DNA of 64,000 nt from Adineta vaga. Lineage: Eukaryota; Animalia; Rotifera. The number at the start of each line of letters is the position of its first letter. Position 1 is the stretch's first letter. The stretch is taken from NCBI GenBank assembly GCA_021613535.1, contig CP075493.1:18082848-18146847 (forward strand). The letters run 5' to 3'. The notes under the pieces were generated by a model that worked only from the letters and a program-made list of their open reading frames with translations, was not told the origin of the DNA and made no database searches. The translations under genes were made by a program, and so were the position numbers. This document shows positions 12,968 through 23,135 of the stretch, in pieces.

Positions 12968-13168
12968 TTAGTTGCGACGTTTAAAACAGCAATAAGTAAC
13001 ACAAAATAAAAGTGTAATACATACACCAATGACGAATATAACATCCATTAAAAAAGTGGAATGAAACACTCGACAGCTATTACCTGAGTTTGATGGAAGA
13101 TTTCTTAGATTAACGGTGTTGTTATTGCCAACAATTGAAACATTACTATCAGAGCAATTTAAAAACAT
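12968..13168 (-). CDS. Small single-pass membrane protein (66 aa)
   Basis: ATG-initiated, one hydrophobic helix followed by YCCFKRR. Shares SIVGNNNTVNLRNLP with SVSGNQNTININKLP of the neighbouring gene. Confidence 0.55.
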   Translation of the reverse strand: MFLNCSDSNVSIVGNNNTVNLRNLPSNSGNSCRVFHSTFLMDVIFVIGVCITLLFCVTYCCFKRRN

Positions 13169-13839
13169 GTTGAAGATAGTGGATGTGTATATTCAACTTC
13201 GGCGAAATTCTCAACCTATTGCTATTGGTATTGATGAATGAATATTCCTTAAATATGAGAATTTTGTCTATCTCATCGACTTTTTCTTCTGATAGCCATC
13301 ACTTGACCGCTCTTTTTTTTCATATTGATTGACCTCGTTATGGCTTTTTCTCTCGTTCTAACTCGATTGTTTGACCTATCATTCGTGACCTATATGTTTT
13401 TTGATAAATAACGAAGAGAGGGCAGCGTCAACTGAATTTTATTGTGATTCTTCGTAGAGGCAAGGCAATTGATAAATGTTGATCTTTATATACGTAATAA
13501 TTATTCTTTCTAATCAACGTTACGATAATTGATACAAATAACGACGTAGTCAGTTTTGAAATGACTACTTATATCCTAAATTAGTTCATTCAAATTATAT
13601 GATTAAAATTATCTTTCAAAAACAAATTTTAGACGAAAAGAAAATCTTTATTATCTGTATTTTCACAAACTACCACACCCAAATTCTAATGATTAGTTCA
13701 CGAGAAGAAAAAAAACAAAGACACAATGTTACGTTTATAGTTGGATAAAACAGTGAGCTTTTAAATGAATAAATCGATGAGTATGAAAAATGACGAAAAC
13801 ACAAAGAAAATTATTGAATATTGATTGTATTGAAATATA

Positions 13840-14845
13840 CTATACAATTCGAGTTTCATCTTGGAGAGCTCGACGAAAAGATACAATTTTCATTGCATCA
13901 TCTAAAATCATTCTTGATAAATCTTGATGTCTGTAAGAAGATCCAACAGCAGAAGCTGTTTTACGTCGAACAATGCAATATATAAATAAGAGACAAACCA
14001 TTAGTATTGTTGTGCATACAAGATATGTGAGCCTATAAAGCAATAGATATTTCAAACATAGTCATCGAATTGATTCGAAATAGAATATGTGCAAAAAAAC
14101 ATAACAACAGATTTGATCTACGTATATATATATATATATTAAGTGATATCATTATGACTATTAAAGTCTGTGAAACTCTTCCTTATGAGATCGGACATGG
14201 GCACGATATATTTGTCGATTGTAATCAGATATAACTGAAAACAGAGAATTATTTTAGTATTCACTGAATGTTGAACTAAACGAATATTGGCATCAAATAG
14301 TTGGAAAGTTGGCGAACGAAAATCGTAGTACTACTCAAATTGTTTTTTCTCTCTTTTATTAAATTCTCGATATGTGACTATTTCTATTTTTCTTTGTAAA
14401 AATCTATTTGCTATAGACATTATTCTCACGCATCATTTATTAAATGAATCCATTATCTTTGTGCAAAATCTATCAATCGACGAATTTTACATAGATTTTG
14501 ATCGTATATTTCATGCATTAAAAAACCGCAACGGTTCAGTTTCCACAATGGATCGTTTTTATGAAAAAAGATAACGAAAGATCCATACCAGTTTTCCTGC
14601 ATATGATGTAACCATTTTGCAGGAGCAATTACGAGATCTTTAACGCCTTCAACCATTTCCCCAAGCTGACCACCCGTTTTTTGTAATAGAGTTGTTTCAT
14701 CTACACTTGGTAGTTTATTGATATTTATGGTGTTTTGATTACCGGAAACGCTTGGATTAGTTTCATGACCACCAATGTTTGTCTTCCATAGAGCTCGCTT
14801 AACAAATGAGCGAGTTATTTTTGTATTGAACATAGCTGATGGCAT
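13840..14845 (-). CDS. Small single-pass membrane protein, 2 exons (14845-14589, 14032-13840), 149 aa
   Basis: A GTATGG...TTATAG intron joins MQENW to LTYLVCTTILMVCLLFIYCIVRRK in frame. TATAAATAG lies ~90 bp upstream (14932-14940). Confidence 0.7.
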
Positions 14846-15799
14846 TGTAGTGTACGAAAAAGAGACAGTGAAAGATTAATGCTTAGCAGTAGCGTATGAA
14901 AAGCACAAAGAAGAAACTAATATGTGACTTTCTATTTATAGGTGAATATCGAACGGTCATAATCTAATGAGACTAGACTTTCTTAATCATTTAATTAGAA
15001 TGGAAACAAACAATTTTCGTGATTCATGAGCTAAATTATCTCGTCTTTTTCTAATTTTCTACTCGTATCTTTAATTCATGAGCCGTTAATTTCCGCGCGA
15101 CAGTGTTGATCGATGATATTGATACATTGCTCACCATTATTCTGCTGATATGAGGCTTCTGTCACCACTGTGTAGTGATTTAGTTGCAATAAAATAATAA
15201 ATGATCTATCTGTATCAGATAAATGATATAGGAATGAATGAAATGAATTTTTAGAAATAAAAACGTGACATCTAACATCAGTATTGTAAATGGATTTTCC
15301 TAAAATCAATAGATAATTGAAAAATTCGATCCATTCAACAATCAGTTGCTATTGCATATGCAATTCATTGAAATATAAATCTATTCAATAATGACCCATT
15401 GAAAATATTTAAAAGATTCTCATCAAATGAAATGTAGATATAGAAAAAAAAACAAGAAAAAAGATCTTGTTAATAACTATTCGAATCGTACTCAAACTTT
15501 AGAATTGAGATATTTTTCATCATTTCTTTTTCAAAAAATAAAAAATCACCAACGAACTGTCTTTGTGTATCGTTTGCGTGCCAATTAAGTGTTCAATTAT
15601 ATAAAGAAAAAGAATCTATTTTCATCAAACTACTTTTCGTGATGAACTATTTTTAAGATGATGTTACGAAAGCAGTATTTAACTTGATTGATACATATAT
15701 TTCAATGGTAGCAGATCATTTCAATTTATGAATTCAGAAAATAGATCAAAACAATACAGATATACATCACCAATCGAAATAAGAAGGAAATGAACAGTT

Positions 15800-17290
15800 A
15801 AGAGATAACAAAATAAAGATCATCTAAAAGATTGATGTTATAATTGAATATACAAGCTTGAATCATCTGCTTGTATTTTAGATAAAGAAATTTTCAAAAG
15901 ATTCCTTTTAAAACAACACCATTAAATGATGATATAGAGTGCGTTGTTTATGAAGATTTATTAGATCGCATTGATCTGAATTTTTCTTTAAAAGATTCTA
16001 TTTTTTCACATCGTAATGAGAAAGAAGAATTTGATTGAGTTATCAATATACATTGAACAAGCATTCACATTGTCATTGGATTTGATTTAAATAAGTTTAT
16101 TTAAGCACTGGCTGAAATAGACATCATTCAAGTAGATGATATTGTAATTGAAACATTGTAAATCTTCAACATAAATTATTAAAACATCACATTGTTTTGC
16201 AAGTCATGATTGTATAAATACCATACAATCATGATATAAACTATTCGTATGGAATTGTAATCAACCAATAGATAAATTTGTTGATTGAAACACCATTGGA
16301 TGATCAAATTTTGTTAATTCATAAAATTGTTAACAAACAAAGATGCTTTGGATGATTAAGACTGAATTCAAAATCAGATAGTCGATCTTTTCCTTGTCCA
16401 ATATGTACAGTTAATGATGTGAAATATTCTAATGTTAATAAACCATTCCATATTCGATTTGTTAAAGGCGCAAATCAATATTTAAATCTTGAATTGATAT
16501 AAATAAAACAACTGGAAATTTCATATGGATATTTATTATTATATGAACTGCAATGTAAACGTTTAACATGATTAAATAATCAATATCTTTTATTGATAAT
16601 ATTTCTTTATATTTACATATGAGTTTGGAAGAAAAGAGAACAATTCGAGAAAAAGTTATGACCAAGTTGATCAATTTTATCCAATATTTTTTTGCGTTCG
16701 TAATCGAAGAAAAAACGCTACATGGTTACTTTAATATTAATGTATAGTTACATCGTACAATTGATTATAAAAACAATTGAAAGTTTCCAATTTTTTCAAG
16801 AAAAAGTGCAAATATTCATCACTGTCTGTCCACATATAATGCCATTATCATAAATATACACGTATAAGATATTGACAGTTGTATTCTTAACAAATCATAC
16901 ACTAATTTTGTAAATAAAAATAGTCATAAAGACATGAGCAATTATAGATTGAAATATGATTCATAAATGACTGTTTCGATGAAAGAACTTTTTTAATCGT
17001 ATAGGGACATTCAATTGTACATAGAGGAAATGGATAAAGCAATCGAGTGAAAAATATTTGAATTAAATAGAATTGTTCTGCAATTTTTGATACATAGTCA
17101 ATATAAAAAAAGGGTCTTTTCATACGATTCGAAATGAGAATGTCTATTGAATAGATAACATTAAGTAGACAAATCAATCAATTCGAATATGAATCAATTT
17201 TTCAAATTTATCTATAATTTAAATAGTTGTTTTCAACACTTAAATGACCGTGTTAAAAGAAATTCAATTTGTTGATAAGCTCATTTTTCT
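15800..17290 (-). pseudogene. Possible decayed bdelloid-type F-box/LRR-like gene
   Basis: Fragmentary Leu/Ile-rich frames with many stops. QCDVLIIYVEDLQC near 16150-16200 resembles, from memory, the C-terminus of this expanded family. Boundaries are approximate. Confidence 0.3.
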
Positions 17291-18006
17291 TTGATATGGA
17301 TAACTAATCACTATTTAATGAGTGAAGATAAGTGACTGTTCTAGTGAACTCACGAAGAGATATAAATACCGACTGCTTTTCCTCATCTCAATAGTACTCG
17401 TCATTCTATTCAATCGTCGTCATTTCTGGAAGACTGCACATTGTTTTGTCTTTATACGTAGTGGTACTGTACGTTTGTTCTTTTTTTATCGTTATTATGA
17501 TTTTGATTATACTTTTAGGACGTCTGCGTTTTCATCTTTACCATCATTAAGCTAACGAATTATTTAAATAATGTAAGTCACTGATCCATTGAGGATATCG
17601 AACCGTTGCTGGTTTTTACAATTACATAAAGAGAAAACTTTTTTGAGAACGTAACGAGAATTTTAATTAAACATCAAATTAAGAGTATCATCTATGTGAC
17701 TATATCAATATTGTTTTGTCGATATCAATGTCTCTTGTAGCAAATAATGAGCAAAATGTCAGAACATTATGCTAGAAAAAAAGACATGTTTTGAGTTGTG
17801 ATGAGCGTAGATTAACTTATCAATATCAACATAGTTAAGTAGATCAAGTCGTCAATCTTAAGTTTATATAGGCAAATATTTCTCAATTGGACAGTGTCAT
17901 TCAGTAATTGTAAAATTCTTTCCATATGTAAAGAGACGAATATAAGATATCAAGTAATGAGTACGAGTTCAAGAGCTGCTAATTATTAATCGATTTATTT
18001 GATAGA

Positions 18007-18678
18007 ATGGAACATCGATTGGTGTTAAACAACCATTCAGAATCGGATATTCCAAATCATATGTTATGTGGACAACTACAGCAACAGTTAAAGTATTATA
18101 AGTTTCGTCGCGTACATACAAAAGCTGGAAAAGATATTTTTTATCTGTTCTTCAAAGGAGAACAAGAAACATACGATGCACTGCGAGCAGGGAAATCTAT
18201 TAAAAATATTTCTCTAGTTCGTTATCGTCATCGTACAATGGTCCCTGCACCTATATCTCGTCCTGATGAACTCTTACCAACTGAACAACAATATCAACCA
18301 GTGCCTTCTCGTCGTACTGTTGATGCGATTAAAAACAATTTTAGTAGATATATAGATAAATTTTCCGATAAAGTAAGAGCATATTATAGTTAATACATTT
18401 GGTTGTAACATCTGTCAATTTAGAGTACTTTCAAATTATGTATGAAACGTCTGTCAGAACAAGCAGTAGTTCAACGCATGAATATTTCCGAAAGTATGCT
18501 ATTCTATCTAATTGATTTAAGATACTATTTCTTGCGTTTTATTTCAGTATATGAAAGGAATTGCAAGGTTAACCATTGGTGGTGGTTAAATCCAGATTAT
18601 ACAATTAATAATCCTCAAAACATACAAAAGATTATGGATATTTTTTTTTACGTGATTGATTTTCGAGACCACTCTTAG
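18007..18678 (+). CDS. Hypothetical protein with RRM-like N-terminus, 2 exons (18007-18372, 18424-18678), ~206 aa
   Basis: A 51-bp phase-0 GTAAG...TTAG intron joins the two track ORFs in frame. IFYLFFKGEQETYDAL resembles RNP1 plus helix B. An upstream exon is possible. Confidence 0.7.
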
Positions 18679-19184
18679 CATATATATATGTTTTTTCATA
18701 TTTAATGTTTGCTGTGCAATCTCATTATTCTTTTCTATGTTCATTACTTTCGTTGAGACATATGATATTCAATCAAATCGTTAAGTTGATTTGAAATTTT
18801 TTACCTTCGTTTTTTCAAATGATTGTAATGGAAGAAAATATTTAGCTAGAATTTATTCATACAAAATATTGAGATAATCTTTTTAATACAGATATAGATA
18901 ATAATGTATTCTGAGCAATCGATATTTCTACATTGGTCATATAGAATTTATCAGCATCGAACATCGATGACAAGTTATGTCTATTTAATATCATTGACAA
19001 TGATGATGCCTAAGTGCAATTGATGACTTTCACATGGATCTCATATTTAAATGTAAAACAAATTAATCTTTATAATGATGATTATATAAATTAATTTGCT
19101 AATCTCAACTTTTGCTTCTTCAGCAATCGATCCTTTGTAGTCAACAATTATTTGAATTAATAAGATGTTTTCAATGAATAATAA

Positions 19185-19260
19185 ATGCAGATTTTGCTTT
19201 GCCGACGCGTTTCGTGTATTTATTTTAAAAAAATAAGAAACACTCATCAGGGCTCTGCAC
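19185..19260 (-). ncRNA. Type I hammerhead ribozyme in the Athena 3' UTR
   Basis: The minus strand reads GCC-CTGATGA-GTGT...ACAC-GAAAC-GC-GTC^GGC, with an intact core, stem II, a minimal palindromic stem III (ACGCGT), and stem I GCC/GGC extended by TGCAGA/TCTGCA. Predicted cleavage is between 19204 and 19203. Confidence 0.92.
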
Positions 19261-19482
19261 TTTTTATAAAAATGAAAACGGAAGGAAACAGGCTAGGTTA
19301 ATATATAAAGAAAGTAAAGAAAAGATATATAAAGAAATAGAGAAATCATAGAAATAATAATAACAACATTATTAATATACTATAATAAGTGAATGGAATA
19401 ACTTATATATATATATATAAAAAGATGAATAAGTGAAGAAATGAAGGATTAGAAATCCATAAATGTTTATTATCAAACCTTT

Positions 19483-21342
19483 TTATCTTGAGTTTCTAGT
19501 ATTTACGAGACGACGTTGTAAATTGTCGACGTTACGAGTACCCAAGATTGGTGTAATGTCATTTATTGGAGATTCAGAAAAGTATTTGAGCCAAAGATTA
19601 TGGAATTTATTCGGAAAGTTCTTCATATTGGAACAATAAGTGAAATGAACGAATATTTTATGACCATAATCAATTGGTCCTTTAGTTTCTATTGGGCTAT
19701 GAATAATTGATAGACGAATATCATTATAATTAGTTATATTCATAGTTTGTTCAATTCCATATTTATAGAAGACATGATTGAATTGTTGATCAATAAATTG
19801 ATTTGGATAGTTATTGATAAGTAATGCCATTTTTAATTGATCTCGTTCATGTTCATATGCTTTAAATGTTGAACAATACCTTATTGCTCTAATTAACATA
19901 GCAAAAGGTATGTTTTTCTTCATATGTAATGGATGAATGCTGTTGAATGGCAAATAATATGGTTCATAAGATGGTTTGTGATAAACTGAAGTAAACAATG
20001 TACCATCTCGATTTTCCATATGTAGATCCAAGAAATCAGCATGTAGACTAATGTTAGCTGATAATTTTATATTGGAATCAATTGTATTCCATCGATCAGT
20101 TTCTTTAAGGAGATGGCGAATTGGCCAATTAATAATAATAAAGATATCATCAATATAACGGACATATAAGCCCAAACTGTTATTAATTTGTTTAATTATG
20201 TCTTGTTCAAAAAAGAACATATAACAGTTGGCAATGGTTAGCGTTAATGGAGAACCCATAGCTCCGCCTTTAATTTGATGATAATATTGGCCATTGTATT
20301 TGAAATAATTATTAGTCATAACAAATCGAGCTAAACGAATAATAACTTCGATTTTTTGACCATCGATTTGTTTAAGATTTAAGTAATTCATCATCTTCTT
20401 TAATGATAGTACTCCTTCGACTTGTGGAATCATTGTATAAAGGTCAGCTACATCAATTGTACATAAGACTGTTTCTTGTTTCAAATTCTTTGAAGACCAT
20501 CTTTGAAGTTTTTGAAGTAAATCAAAGCCACATGTAACAGTTGTCTTAATGGCCATTTGATCAAATAATGGTCTTAATAAATTATCAAGAAACTTGGAGA
20601 TCTTTAAAGTTGGATGTTTTAATCCAGAAATGATTGGTCGAAGAGGAGTTCCTGGCTTGTGAGCTTTTGGTAAATAATAAAGATGAGCTAATTCAACTTC
20701 ATCTACTTTAATACATAATTGCTCATATTGTTTTTGAGTAAGCCATTTAGCTAGGCGAAGATCTAATAGATATTTATTTGTACGAATAATAAGATCAGGT
20801 AATGGATCATGAATACCAATACATCGATAAGCTTGAGTACGATCCATATATTCATTTGATCTTTGTTGATAATGTTCTGATCTTCCTAAATGAAACACCT
20901 TGGATTTATCAGTTTTTCTTAAAATAACATTTGTTGATCGAAATTTATATTTTAATCGTTTAATTAGTCGATTATAATTCTTTTTCTTAACAAATGTTGT
21001 TGTTGAATGATTATCATGAAGATTTTGAAGAAGAGTATCTAATTCAGTAATAAATTCTTGAACTGGACGACCAGGACTAACTTTTTTCTCATAAAAACGT
21101 GTTTCAATTTTTCGTTGTAGAGTAGTTAATTCAATAGTACGTCGTCGAGATGCTGTTTTAGGATCATCATAAATAAATCGAGGACCTAATTTAAGTAAAT
21201 GAGATTCTTCTTCTGTTAATCTAACATGTGGTGCTTCATTGATGATGTTTGGATTTATAATTCCATATTGATTGGAGCCTGAGCCGAAGGTATTATTATA
21301 TTGATGTCGCGTTCGACTCGTTCTTCGGCTCGCTCCTCGGCT
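19483..21342 (-). CDS. Athena reverse transcriptase (~620 codons, entered by -1 frameshift from ORF1)
   Basis: The frame is open from the slippery site to the stop. Motifs: LLKLGPRF, LRKTDKSK, YYLPKAHKPGTPLRPII, DVADLYT, GGAMGSP, YIDD, FLDL, YHKPSYEPYYLPF.S.HP. It ends after the thumb with no endonuclease. Confidence 0.93.
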   Translation of the reverse strand, partial: SRGASRRTSRTRHQYNNTFGSGSNQYGIINPNIINEAPHVRLTEEESHLLKLGPRFIYDDPKTASRRRTIELTTLQRKIETRFYEKKVSPGRPVQEFITELDTLLQNLHDNHSTTTFVKKKNYNRLIKRLKYKFRSTNVILRKTDKSKVFHLGRSEHYQQRSNEYMDRTQAYRCIGIHDPLPDLIIRTNKYLLDLRLAKWLTQKQYEQLCIKVDEVELAHLYYLPKAHKPGTPLRPIISGLKHPTLKISKFLDNLLRPLFDQMAIKTTVTCGFDLLQKLQRWSSKNLKQETVLCTIDVADLYTMIPQVEGVLSLKKMMNYLNLKQIDGQKIEVIIRLARFVMTNNYFKYNGQYYHQIKGGAMGSPLTLTIANCYMFFFEQDIIKQINNSLGLYVRYIDDIFIIINWPIRHLLKETDRWNTIDSNIKLSANISLHADFLDLHMENRDGTLFTSVYHKPSYEPYYLPFNSIHPLHMKKNIPFAMLIRAIRYCSTFKAYEHERDQLKMALLINNYPNQFIDQQFNHVFYKYGIEQTMNITNYNDIRLSIIHSPIETKGPIDYGHKIFVHFTYCSNMKNFPNKFHNLWLKYFSESPINDITPILGTRNVDNLQRRLVNTRNSR

Positions 21343-22979
21343 AAAAAATAACCAGATTGTTCAGCTTCTAATGTTAATCGTTTGGAATATAAATCATAAT
21401 ACTTTTTAAATGCATTGTAAACTTTATTATCATCATTTTGATCTTCTTGATTATCTTCTTCTTCTATTTGATCATGTTGAGTAATATCAAGAATATTTGA
21501 TGATGGTTTTGGTTTACAATTTTCTATAATAAGATCAATTTCATTTCTAACATAATTTCGTTGACGAGTGGTCGTTCTATAATAATATTCCATAGTTTGT
21601 TTTTGAAAATTATTTGTCATGTTGTGCATATCATCATAAACAGATTGAATATCTTCTTTATCAAAAGCTTTTTGATCAATTTTAAATGAAAAATTATTTT
21701 TCTTGATCATTTTTGGTAGTATACCATATTCAATCTGTTTTTGAATAGTATGTACATCTTTATTTTTATTTAGCCAATTTGTTAATTTTGGTTTTAACAT
21801 TAAATGTACATTCCAATATGATGTGGCCTGACCAATTTTCTTAAAAACTTCTAATGCTTGATAATCTTCATATTCTGCATCAGCTATTAGCCGACGTGCT
21901 TCACAATGTTTATAAATATGTTTAACATATAATTTAATATAATCTGCTACATCTGTTGTCATTTTAACATAATCACATGAGAGACGACCACTGTTATGAG
22001 TTGAATTTGTAGTGGTAGTAGTAGCATTATTTGTTGTTGTATGTTTACGATGTGCTGCTAATATTGCACGAAAATTATCAAATTCCATTTGAGATTTTAA
22101 AATAATAGCTTGAGATTTATCAATTAATAATTGATAATAATTAATTTTCTTTTGAACAAAATTTTTAATTATAGTTGAATTTTGTGGTCGACCTTTAATA
22201 CGATTAATAATTTCTTTTGTCCAAAAATCTTTTTCTTCACCTAATTCAAGATAATATTTCCATACTTCTAATTCATATTCTGCTCTTATCTGTTCATCAT
22301 AGATGGGAGCAGTTTCATAAAGAAATTGTTTTGTACCATCACATGTTCGATTATCTTGTAATAATTTGTGTATATAATTTGAGGTATTATTATTGAAATA
22401 ATTGATAAGTTTATTATGTAATAAATAATATCGTGTTTTCTTTTTCTTTTTATTTGTTCTATTATTTGGCATTTGTTGTTGTTGTTGATTATCTTGGTTA
22501 TTATCATTGTTGTCGTCGTCATTATCAATAACAAGAGGATCAAATCGATTATTAGTAATAATATTATTATGTTGTTGGTTTGATCGTTGTTGTTGGTGGT
22601 TACGTTTTTTCTGACGACGAAATGATGATGTTGTAGATTTGTGTTGTTTCTGTTGTTGCTGTGGTGGTGGCTGATTTTGAACAATAAATGGTTGTGTTGT
22701 ATTTGGATTATTATTATTATTATTATTATTATTTGTTGGATGTTGAATATAATTACCTAATGTATTTGGACGTGGTTGATTTCTCGGTCCACGTTTATCT
22801 CTTGAAGATGATCTTCTTCGATTATTATTGTTGGAATTATATCTTTGTTGTGCTAGTGGAGGCGGTGGTGGTGGTGGTGGAGATACAAAGGTTGTAGCAA
22901 TGGGGATTATTGAAAACGAATTTAACCAAATGCTTCTTCGAACTTTGAACGACTGGTTCTCATCAGAATCTGATATCAT
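21255..22979 (-). CDS. Athena ORF1 (N/Q/P-rich N-terminus, basic NLS-like patches, coiled-coil core)
   Basis: A 574-aa open frame directly upstream of and overlapping the RT frame. The first ~30 codons come from satellite-like junction sequence, so the true start is uncertain. Confidence 0.82.
   Translation of the reverse strand: MISDSDENQSFKVRRSIWLNSFSIIPIATTFVSPPPPPPPPLAQQRYNSNNNNRRRSSSRDKRGPRNQPRPNTLGNYIQHPTNNNNNNNNNPNTTQPFIVQNQPPPQQQQKQHKSTTSSFRRQKKRNHQQQRSNQQHNNIITNNRFDPLVIDNDDDNNDNNQDNQQQQQMPNNRTNKKKKKTRYYLLHNKLINYFNNNTSNYIHKLLQDNRTCDGTKQFLYETAPIYDEQIRAEYELEVWKYYLELGEEKDFWTKEIINRIKGRPQNSTIIKNFVQKKINYYQLLIDKSQAIILKSQMEFDNFRAILAAHRKHTTTNNATTTTTNSTHNSGRLSCDYVKMTTDVADYIKLYVKHIYKHCEARRLIADAEYEDYQALEVFKKIGQATSYWNVHLMLKPKLTNWLNKNKDVHTIQKQIEYGILPKMIKKNNFSFKIDQKAFDKEDIQSVYDDMHNMTNNFQKQTMEYYYRTTTRQRNYVRNEIDLIIENCKPKPSSNILDITQHDQIEEEDNQEDQNDDNKVYNAFKKYYDLYSKRLTLEAEQSGYFLAEERAEERVERDINIIIPSAQAPINMEL
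21272..21348 (-). promoter_or_regulatory. Programmed -1 ribosomal frameshift signal (U UUU UUA plus stem-loop)
   Basis: TAT TTT TTA G at 21350-21341 is in the ORF1 frame. Downstream, GGAGC-GAGCCGAAG pairs with CTTCGGCTC-AG-GCTCC, with an inner GTCG/CGAC hairpin. The RT frame is exactly -1. Confidence 0.88.
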
Positions 22980-23135
22980 TCATATTGTCTTTGATTAGAT
23001 GATATCTGAATTCTTGAATTCACTTTTGTGAACGATTAAATAGCCTGATACATTGACTTCAATAAATAGAATTACGCCAATAATTAGATGGATTGCTTCT
23101 ATAATTAGATTGATTGCCCCCAAAAGGGGTAGGTG

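Larger units (their letters stand above)
19185..22900 (-). mobile_element. Athena (endonuclease-deficient Penelope-like) retroelement, probably 5'-truncated
   Basis: Coiled-coil ORF1, a PLE-type RT with no GIY-YIG domain, and a 3' hammerhead. The 5' end faces the same direction as the G-rich telomeric tracts of the array. The exact 3' end is not identified. Confidence 0.9.

Noticed and set aside
22286-22897. Alternative-frame and antisense ORFs over Athena ORF1 (and similar ones over the hAT and DD37E transposases)
   Set aside because: Shadow frames of trinucleotide-rich or genuine coding sequence.
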